DNA of 64,000 nucleotides. It comes from Lingula anatina. Taxonomy: Eukaryota > Animalia > Brachiopoda. The DNA lies in NCBI GenBank assembly GCA_051362555.1, contig CM120640.1:3410001-3474000 (forward strand), read 5' to 3'. Under the pieces are notes generated by a model. It worked only from the letters and a program-made list of their open reading frames with translations. It did not search any database and had not been told where the DNA came from. Both the position numbers and the translations under genes were made by a program. Within the stretch, counting starts at the first letter, position 1. Each line of letters starts with the position of its first letter. Shown piece after piece: positions 23,401 through 47,077 of the stretch.

Positions 23401-25077
23401 CGCCCCGCACAGACCAAATGCCATACGCACATGCTCATAGAGACCATATTTCGTAATGAAAGCTGTCTTTTTCCGATCCTCTTCACGTATGGGCACCTGC
23501 CAATACGCAGAGTTGGCGTCCAACTTAGAAAAATACACATTACCCGACAAGGTATCCAAACAGTCATCGACTAAGGGTAATGGGAACACGTCCTTAGTGG
23601 TCACGGCATTCAACGCACGGTAATCGATACACCACCTCACAGAGCCATCTTTCTTCCGTATTAACACTGGCGCCGACGCCCAGTCGGAAGTTGACTCCTG
23701 AATCACTCCTGCCTTCAACATCTTCTGTAAATGGGCTTCCTCCTCGCCCACAAAGCACCGTGGCGTTCGCCGCATTCTCTGCTTTATCGGAAGAGCAGTA
23801 CCGGTGTCTATCTTATGCTCAACCAATGTGAAGTTTCCTAAATCAAATTCGTCTCTAGCAAACACATCCTGATACTCCGTGAGTAATCTCGCTAGCTGAA
23901 CTTTCTGCTGATCGTCTAATTCTGCACTGGATTCCTCATACACCTGCTTTAAATGAGAAGGCACGCGTCGCGCCTCATCATTGACCTCGTCATCGGTCCG
24001 TGCCGTGACTGATTGCACTGCTGGTGGTATGCAGTGAATGACCTCCGCCCCAGGTGACCTGCCACCCTCCCCTTGGTTACTAGGGAAACATAACGGATCC
24101 CCCAGGGGCTCCCCAGACGTTATAATACCCGCATAGGTAAAAGCCCGCCCCACTTCAGTACCCTTACGCAATAGTCTGTGCCTCTCACTGGGATTTATGA
24201 GGACCATGATGGGTTCAGACCCCCCATTACGAATAACCCTGGGAGCAAGGAACTTACCAACACCCCCCACCTTTGGCTCTATAACATAACTAGGAAGATC
24301 TACATCTAACTTACAGGCCACCCTGGCAGCGGAGTAAGGGGGTATCACCTGACGCCGTGCGACAGTGACCCTGGCCATCTGAGGTGTTCCCTTATCTGAA
24401 TTAGCGTCTAATGTCAGATACATGCCGTCAAACTGCATCACTCCTCTGCCGACATCCACTACTGCCTGTCCTAAGTCCTTCATAATGTCCATTCCCAGCA
24501 GCATATCTTGTTCAATGGGGGCTACGTATAGCCTCACAGCATACCACTTATGTCCAATCTTTAACTTAACAGGGCCTGCCGTGAACCCCTGCATCACCAT
24601 TTCCCGACCAGCGGCTAAAAGCTGTACTGAATTCAACCTCTTAGGTTGTTTCTTAAGACTGTTGTAAATGCGGTCTGAAAGTATCGTAACTTGAGCCGCT
24701 GTGTCCACTACAGCATTCACAGCAATGTTTCCCACTTTCATCTGAAGTGAATAATCCGCCACTGTTCCGATTTGTCGCACCACTACCATGGGAGCAGGAA
24801 CCGTGCCCTGTATTCCCCCTGTGGTAGCCTCATCTGCCCTAGTTGGTGATTCAACGTGACCCGTATCACGGTTGGGCTTGTCTTGGACTAGTGCTGCCCC
24901 CTGTCGAGTAAATTCTGATTGCACACCCTGTACCTCCGTGGGTACAGTGCACTTAATATCCGAAACTGCTGACTCCTCTGGTACCCTGAGTTTCTTAATG
25001 GGCTTATTTATAACATCTGGGCCTATGAATCGCTGGGTCGAGGGTTGGCCTCCGGCCTCGACCCGGTGGAGTTTCCC
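20482..25077 (-). CDS. pol: Pol polyprotein: aspartic protease, reverse transcriptase, RNase H, integrase, C-terminal PHD finger
   Basis: Uninterrupted ORF (open from 25119): VVDTAAQVT (PR), WCIDYRALN/MAFGLCGAPAT/FLDDIVV (RT), LDTDASDFAIG...TDHSSL...NADALSR (RH), H-x6-H...CTRC, HLDFLGPLP, TDQGRNF, NGQVERYNRTL (IN), WRGP (GPY/F), C4HC3 PHD. Probably expressed as Gag-Pol by -1 frameshift. Confidence 0.96.
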   Translation of the reverse strand, partial: GKLHRVEAGGQPSTQRFIGPDVINKPIKKLRVPEESAVSDIKCTVPTEVQGVQSEFTRQGAALVQDKPNRDTGHVESPTRADEATTGGIQGTVPAPMVVVRQIGTVADYSLQMKVGNIAVNAVVDTAAQVTILSDRIYNSLKKQPKRLNSVQLLAAGREMVMQGFTAGPVKLKIGHKWYAVRLYVAPIEQDMLLGMDIMKDLGQAVVDVGRGVMQFDGMYLTLDANSDKGTPQMARVTVARRQVIPPYSAARVACKLDVDLPSYVIEPKVGGVGKFLAPRVIRNGGSEPIMVLINPSERHRLLRKGTEVGRAFTYAGIITSGEPLGDPLCFPSNQGEGGRSPGAEVIHCIPPAVQSVTARTDDEVNDEARRVPSHLKQVYEESSAELDDQQKVQLARLLTEYQDVFARDEFDLGNFTLVEHKIDTGTALPIKQRMRRTPRCFVGEEEAHLQKMLKAGVIQESTSDWASAPVLIRKKDGSVRWCIDYRALNAVTTKDVFPLPLVDDCLDTLSGNVYFSKLDANSAYWQVPIREEDRKKTAFITKYGLYEHVRMAFGLCGAPATYARIMNLVFRGMSWKTVLAFLDDIVVLGTTFDVHLQNLRDALERFRSYELKLKPKKCIFFKKEIEFLGRIVTGETLSMSDHDIKAVTDWPTPTCAKDVEKFMGLANYHRAFIKNFSEIAAPLYAVTGKSYEWGEEQARAFTALKGALTSPPVLSVPTVDGEFILDTDASDFAIGAELIQVQDGQEKVIAYGSYGLTREQRKYCTTRKELLAVVRFTRQFRYYLLGKPFTIRTDHSSLRWLMKFREPQGQLARWLEELSQYDMVLSHRAGRKHGNADALSRATHTGQCKAGTRGRLDALPCGGCGYCRRAHENWVGFEEEVDDVIPLAQGAYRDTEDIHSVEISEGQQNNDGKTVRSVTVDPVNAYSEHTVFGEVCREEECITDTLEFQVLQMVLDQIPWGQGKTPRVAPVTTRRRARGHGPKDTGDAPITPEDEPPTVECDKESTLQEGKAEGEVKVKDHGSSRLTSWGYSVEEVRAAQEADADLSVIRVSLESGKLPDQSTLFLGSQALKSYWLDRDLFIIIEGLLYRCDPETEDKKLVLPMAWQQEAIRLHHCLPSSGHQGAKRTKDRLKERFYWYGMGRATENFVSGCTRCNQNKKSARQGKVPLTQFQAGAPMERVHLDFLGPLPKTARGNEYILMMVDQFTKWVECIPLPSQSAEETARAAIDQFFSRFGVPLEIFTDQGRNFESKLFTEVCSVLEIHKARTTPYRPASNGQVERYNRTLMDAVRCFTEKAQNGWDLRLQQIAGALRASVNRMTGYTPNRLMLGREVNAPAGLMFPRRSINFEDSDSYAARLAADLMEAHETARGKLRVASKRMKRDYDLRILERPYAVGDTVYVLDTAAAKGKCKKLCPPWRGPGLIVARLSSNLFRVKVRNAVFVTNHDRLKPCRDKEVPQWIQHWRKNPVPDSTARGDDRVYCSCRQPWQGRFMLQCDYCGEWYHGSCVNVTATDALSINKYKCQDCIRRA

Positions 25078-27068
25078 ACCTGCGGGCACTCCCTTGCAAT
25101 GTGCCCTTGCCGATTGCACTTATAACACAGCACCGAGCTTCCAGTGCTGCCCCGTCCCCAGCCCCGCTGGTTTCCGGGTGCGGCTCCGTGGCCGTAACCG
25201 GTAGATGACCTCCTACTCAGCTCCTGGCGGACATCTTTCAACGCCTTCTCCATCTCCTTGATGGTGTCCCTCATCTGTTCCAGCTCTGGAATGTTACCCT
25301 CTGCTGCAGGCGTCACCTGGTTGGCTCGCTTGGCTCCCGGGCGCAATTTCTTTCCCGCATTCTCCATAGTCACTCGCATTTCCCTATGCATCTTAGCCAG
25401 CTGCATCGCTTCCCTTAAGGTGGCTGGCTGTCGCATATAAATTGATTGACCTGCCTCTGAATCAATCATGCCCGCGCAGAACCGACTTACAGCCTCCGAC
25501 TCCACGAATGTCCTAGGTAACTGAGCATACGCTTCAGAAGTCAGACGTAGCACCCTGACTCCCCATTCATCCACCGTTTCCGTCTCGTCTTGAGTAGCGT
25601 TATGTAGCTGCGACCGGACCGTAGCCGGTGTGTCCGTTTCTCCGTAACAGGTCTCCAATTCCTCCATGAGACCTTCATATGAGAGCTTACCTAGCCTGCG
25701 TGTGACGTTCACACAACAGTCTAGGGCTTTACCCTTCAGGCAGAGGCATAGTGCATCCAGGGACATGTCGCGATCCCAATCCTCCCTCTCTGCCTGTCGT
25801 AAGAAAAGCAACTTAAAAGCAGCCCAACTTCCGTGTCCGTTAAAAGTTAAGCTCTTAGGAGGATTGACCTTCCTCCTCTCTATTGAGTCTTGTTCTGCCC
25901 CTAGCTCCGTGAGCCGTGCAGTCCTCCTCGAGGCCGCGCCCCGTTTCAATATAGGAGAGCCCTGGAATACAGGGTGTTCGTCCTGGCTACCTCCCTCCAC
26001 TGGGGTGCTATGATACACTAAGTGCCCTGAATTCGATCCATTTCCCACCACTGGAGATCCGTGATCCCCAGGGTGTACGTCTGGAGAGCTGTGACTTCCA
26101 GGGTGTTGTACTGAGAATCCGTGATTCCCAGGGTACATGGCTGGAGAGCTGTGATTTCCAGGGTGCGGTACTGAGAATCCGTGATTCCCAGGGTACATGG
26201 CTGGAGAGCTGTGATTTCCAGGGTGCAGTGCTGAGAATCCGTGATTCCCAGGGTGCATGACCGGGGGACTGACACCAGGTGCCATTGGAGGGCTATGATT
26301 CCCAGGGTAACCCGAATAGCTGCCACCACCCCCCGGGCCAATAGCATACCCCTCCCCCCGGACATCCCCGGACATAGGAGTCTCCCTTACAACGCCCCCC
26401 CCTGGACTAGGTGTAAACAATTCAGGGGTATAAACAGCCCTATCCTGACTCCCGGGACCTAATGCTACCCCACCCCCCATGGGGCTAGGTGTATACGGAA
26501 CATAAGGACCCCCCTGCTGAACCCCACTATTTACATTCTTAACTACGTTTTTACCTGGGCTCCGTTTGACAAGTTGAGGCGAATTCGCTCCCTCCAGTCC
26601 ACTATCCTCGAATAACCTCTTCGGCACCGTGGCCTCCGAGTTACGATGTGCACTCATTTGACCCTCACAGCCTCCTAGCTGCCGCGTGCCACCTCCGTGA
26701 GGCGCACTTTCGCTATTGAAAGCGTTGCTCTCCTCCTGAGCAGAAAATCCAAAGAACAGTCCTAAAAGAAACCGGAAAAATCTCCATAGCCAGTTTCCAG
26801 ATCCTCCTGTCTCCTGCACCTTCCTTTCCCTGAGTGAAACAGCCGTGCTGCCCACACCCAAGCGCTGATTCGGCTCAAAGTCCACCATATCCAGCGTACG
26901 AGGAGCCAGTCTGCAGCACAAAGCACTTTCCACTTGCTGCACATTTAAATTTCCAAATTGTTCCCTCAATTCGGCTATTTTGAACACTTGGTCTTCCGTG
27001 AGACCTGGAGTCCGCATCAACTCATTCACATTTGCATAATTTATGAAAATCCTGGCGTGCGTCGCCAT
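25023..27068 (-). CDS. gag: Gag (681 aa from ATG 27068): HhH domain, hydrophobic segment, His/Pro/Gly repeats, capsid, CCHC knuckle
   Basis: ATG in AAAATGG context; PPKSLTFNGHGSWAAFKLLF...LKGKAL capsid-like region; QDETETVDEWGVRV major-homology-like segment; CYKCNRQGHIARECP zinc knuckle. Confidence 0.93.
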   Translation of the reverse strand: MATHARIFINYANVNELMRTPGLTEDQVFKIAELREQFGNLNVQQVESALCCRLAPRTLDMVDFEPNQRLGVGSTAVSLRERKVQETGGSGNWLWRFFRFLLGLFFGFSAQEESNAFNSESAPHGGGTRQLGGCEGQMSAHRNSEATVPKRLFEDSGLEGANSPQLVKRSPGKNVVKNVNSGVQQGGPYVPYTPSPMGGGVALGPGSQDRAVYTPELFTPSPGGGVVRETPMSGDVRGEGYAIGPGGGGSYSGYPGNHSPPMAPGVSPPVMHPGNHGFSALHPGNHSSPAMYPGNHGFSVPHPGNHSSPAMYPGNHGFSVQHPGSHSSPDVHPGDHGSPVVGNGSNSGHLVYHSTPVEGGSQDEHPVFQGSPILKRGAASRRTARLTELGAEQDSIERRKVNPPKSLTFNGHGSWAAFKLLFLRQAEREDWDRDMSLDALCLCLKGKALDCCVNVTRRLGKLSYEGLMEELETCYGETDTPATVRSQLHNATQDETETVDEWGVRVLRLTSEAYAQLPRTFVESEAVSRFCAGMIDSEAGQSIYMRQPATLREAMQLAKMHREMRVTMENAGKKLRPGAKRANQVTPAAEGNIPELEQMRDTIKEMEKALKDVRQELSRRSSTGYGHGAAPGNQRGWGRGSTGSSVLCYKCNRQGHIARECPQVGNSTGSRPEANPRPSDS
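25035..25077 (-). promoter_or_regulatory. -1 programmed ribosomal frameshift signal (gag to pol)
   Basis: Slippery heptamer G GGA AAC (25077-25071) in the gag frame, 6-nt spacer TCCACC, then a perfect 9-bp stem GGGTCGAGG/CCTCGACCC with a 12-nt loop. The -1 frame reads (G)KLHRVE, which is the pol ORF. Confidence 0.88.
26051..26260 (-). repeat. Coding minisatellite in gag: 7 x 30 bp with alternating (60-bp) higher-order structure
   Basis: Encodes HPGNHGFSAL/HPGNHSSPAM/YPGNHGFSVP/HPGNHSSPAM/YPGNHGFSVQ/HPGSHSSPDV/HPGDHGSPVV. Confidence 0.93.
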
Positions 27069-27323
27069 TTTGTTTTTTCCTTGGCGCACGTGCCGCCGAA
27101 AATTCCAGAAAACTCCTTAAAACTTGTAAGAAACTACTGTAAAAACACTCTAAAAACACTCACCAGACCGTGCTGGGGTTTCCTCATATACAATATATAC
27201 AACAATAAACATTAAAATGGTAGGGTAGCGTGCCTGAGTGCGGAGTTCAGCTCCGTGGCTGAAAAACTCCTCAGCAGAAAAATTCGTAACTTTTCTGCCC
27301 AAATGTGGCACAAATCCGGCCCG

Positions 27324-27333
27324 GCTGCCACCA
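27324..27333 (-). other. Primer-binding site (probably tRNA-Leu)
   Basis: TGGTGGCAGC one base inside the 5' LTR, complementary to the ...GCTGCCA-CCA 3' end I recall for metazoan tRNA-Leu(AAG/TAG). Confidence 0.75.
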
Positions 27334-27334
27334 A

Positions 27335-27563
27335 TATAGGAACCGGGTTGTACGTTACAACTGGCCTATGAATAAGTAAAGTGCCTACCTTTTCTGGATA
27401 GGCATCCAAGTCCTCGTTTTCTTGTTAATTCTCTCTTCACCACAACTTAGCACCATGCGCTTGAGCGCGCCATGCTCAACTCCAACGCTCTCAACTTCTA
27501 ACTAACTACTACGCATGCGCCGTGACACGCTTCCGGGTCATGCAATGACCCCTCGGCACTACA
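27335..27563 (-). repeat. 5' LTR
   Basis: 229 bp, matches 19739-19967; followed by TSD TATC on the plus strand. Confidence 0.96.
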
Positions 27564-28824
27564 TATCAAACAAACAGTGTGTCTTTATTTGTATTCTCAG
27601 AATATTAAAATGATGCAAAGATATGCTTAATACTACCAAATCTATTAAAGGTCATTTCGGACGATGCCATTTTGTCTACTTCGACTCACACGGCCAAACT
27701 GTCAGGTGGCCTGTCCGACCTTCAGCCAACCAAATACCTCGACGCCCTTGTCGACCCTTTTTTCGCTACAGAAAACCTGGTAGCCTACGTGCTTTGTACA
27801 GAATGTCACTGAAACTTTTCGGGCGATAATCGCTGGCGTCCGCCAGCCTTTCGCACAATTGTAAAAAGGTGATATCTCCATGCCCAATATCAATGGCATA
27901 CCAATCCAAAACGACGGCACCCGTTCTCTTTATGACTTTAATTGTCGTGTATTTTGTAATCCTAGAGATGAATTTGACGGCAAAGCGGCCACATTTCCAC
28001 GTGGCGATAATACGCATGCGCAGAAAGCTCATTTCCTGGCAAATTCAATAACGACGTTTGCGACAACCGCCTACGTTGGGGGCTGGGGGGGGGGGATTTT
28101 TTTTTTTTTCGGAGAACGGGCGAAAATCGGTGCGCGCGCAGGATGTCATCCATAAAAATAAAAAAGTGTGGCCTTATTAGAGATAATGCTGCCATATTAA
28201 CAATACATCGGGGTTAATTTTGCTAATTCGAGATGATAAAGCAGTAGGTCTAGCATTGTGGGGGGTGGAAACTGTAATCTGTGACGGTCGGGATCACGTC
28301 ACACTGTCCACCGAAAATGCCAGACCACAATTAATAGAAAAAAAAAACTAGCCATAATCACCAACGTTACATGGTCACATCATATCCTAGGAAGTGTTAC
28401 AGTACAATTATGGAAACCCTACTTAACTAAGCCAAAAGAGTAACTAATGCTTTTTTGTGTGCGTGTGTGTGAAACTGGGGCATGGGAATATGCTTGAAAT
28501 ATTTACTTCTAATTTCAGTAAAGAGGCAAAACAATGACTGTATTTAAGGAAAAACGTAATTAGGGTTTTTTTTTGTTGTCAACCATGCCAATATCTTGCT
28601 TACAGTTGCCTGCAGTACCGACGGCATTGTTCCACCTGATAATAATCAGGCTTGTGAGGGGGTGGGTGGGAAGGGGTCAAACACACCACCCTTTTGGCCA
28701 ATTCATTTTGGGTTTTACGGTACCAAGGTGTCGTTTATTGAAACCTCTCACATGAATAACATAAATGATAGAATTCATGCCCAATAGAATGAGAAAAATC
28801 ACAAACAAAATAGAATAGAAGACT

Positions 28825-45182
<16,358 letters not shown>

Positions 45183-45715
45183 TTTTATGGGGACTGAAAA
45201 ATACATGTAAAAGGGAAAACTTTACTACACAACAATTATTTTTTAAGTGACAATGTGAATATTCTTGTTAGCATCCTGCAGTAAAAGATAAACACTCATA
45301 ATAAATATGTACACACATGTTCATTTATATATGATTCAGTTTTCAATATATTTGGTATTCTTTATCAAAATGTCAGTCCCTATATATTTGCAGCACAACT
45401 GTTAAACCTATCAAGTTAATTTGTGTTTAATGGATCCTGTAATGATGCAACTACCTGAAAAAAATACACATTTGAAATGAAAAATGTATAAATTTGTTTC
45501 CAAGAAGCAATAAATATAGACTGTTTACTAATTAACCTTAAATTATGTGTCTGAGAGTCAGTCATGGGAGGGATTGAAAATACATGAGTATATCTATTAT
45601 GGACAGCAAACAATCAGTTGTGCCAAAGTGAACACCCTTCCTGTACATTAAAAGAATATATGAAACAATATCTTATTTCTAATTCAAATAATGCTCATTG
45701 TTATACTTCCATTTT

Positions 45716-45718
<3 letters not shown>

Positions 45719-45768
<50 letters not shown>
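45719..45768. repeat. (GA)n microsatellite
   Basis: Perfect GA run. Confidence 0.95.
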
Positions 45769-45771
<3 letters not shown>

Positions 45772-47077
45772 TCCTGCATGCCTATTCTCAAGTCCATAAA
45801 GTATTTCACTGCCAAAATTTAAAGTGCCTTATAATTTATAAATAATGGCAGTTTTTTCATTGTCAGGAAGAAAAGGCAGCGTGAACCCGTTTCACATCCA
45901 CCTGTAATGTCCAACAGAACTGATTACAGCAAAATTGACTGGCTTTTCAGCAGTGTGTAAGTTGTTGTTGTGAGAAGTAAGAAAAATATATGAAAGCTTC
46001 CACACTGGGGTGGACAGTTAGCTGAATGGCATTTGACAGTTATGTGCACCTGCATCTTTCATGTGATAGCAAATTTTGCACATATCAAATGTGTAAATAG
46101 GAATGCTCACAAGAACTTTTCTGCATCACATGTTCACCTTTACTCACCTGCTATGACAACTAAATGGCTTAAGTGAATATCAGGATCCTAGATGTACATG
46201 ACCATGTACGTTCTTGGAGGACTGTGGTACTCAGGGTACACCACTGAATTTATGCCATTTGCATATCCCAACTTGGGCTGGTTAGAGCGGCAAAACTGGC
46301 GTCTAGAGCGAGATAAAACTGCTGAGCTCTGTGAACTAGGAACCAGTCTCACTGAAGGTGGAAAAAGCAGTCTGTAAATAATATTGCATACAAAATTAAT
46401 TTAACATAGCTGCCCTTTCCGTCTCGCAACAAACTGACCTTAGAACTAAAATTTAGCATATCACAGTCCTTGTTTTATCCTCAAATCATTTCTGAAGCCT
46501 CCTCAGCTCCAGTTTCCATTGCGGGACACTGCACCCACCTTGCAGAAACGGACTAATATTTAAACACCACTGTCGCTTTTTAAGCACAAAATTCTGTGTT
46601 TTGAGAACTCTACTTTAAACAGCACAAACCACATATGCCTTGAAACATTTGGGTAACTGTATTTCTTTATTTTTCTCTTTTCATTCACTTGCTTTACACG
46701 CACCGTTCACAGAGTGTTCACATGCACCGCTTTGAGGGTCCATTAGTCAAGAATGCAATGCGGAACGACAGTGGCAAATATACTAAGAATAATCAAATTG
46801 TTGATAAGTTTATGAAATAATTTGAGCAAATTAAGCCTTAAGTAGTATTGAAAATTGAAGTATTCGATCGCATGACTTATCTATCAAATATCAGTTTTCT
46901 TAATCTCGCTCCGGTTTACGGTACTCTGTCAAAATTTAGTAAAAATTTTAAGCAATCATGGCCGCCTCCTGTGACCATAAAATTTCTGGATGAAGTTTTT
47001 GTTGTATAGCATTACGGTCTTTTTAATTAAGATAGCCATTTTTTCCTTTTTTAATGGTGAGATCTGCAGATTCAGAC

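Larger units (their letters stand above)
19739..27563 (-). mobile_element. Full-length Ty3/Gypsy LTR retrotransposon (7825 bp)
   Basis: Two 229-bp LTRs, identical on by-eye comparison; 4-bp TSD TATC (19735-19738, 27564-27567); PBS, PPT, and open gag and pol in PR-RT-RH-IN order. Confidence 0.97.
19403..28173. mobile_element. PIF/Harbinger-like MITE (about 942 bp when empty), split by the LTR retrotransposon
   Basis: Perfect 34-bp TIRs GGCCACACTTTTTTATTTTTATGGATGACATCCT (19403-19436; reverse complement 28140-28173). 3-bp TTA TSD at 19400-19402 and 28174-28176. Confidence 0.88.

Noticed and set aside
20563-27215. Many short plus-strand ORFs across the retrotransposon
   Set aside because: Antisense shadows of GC-rich gag/pol coding sequence with no recognisable motifs.
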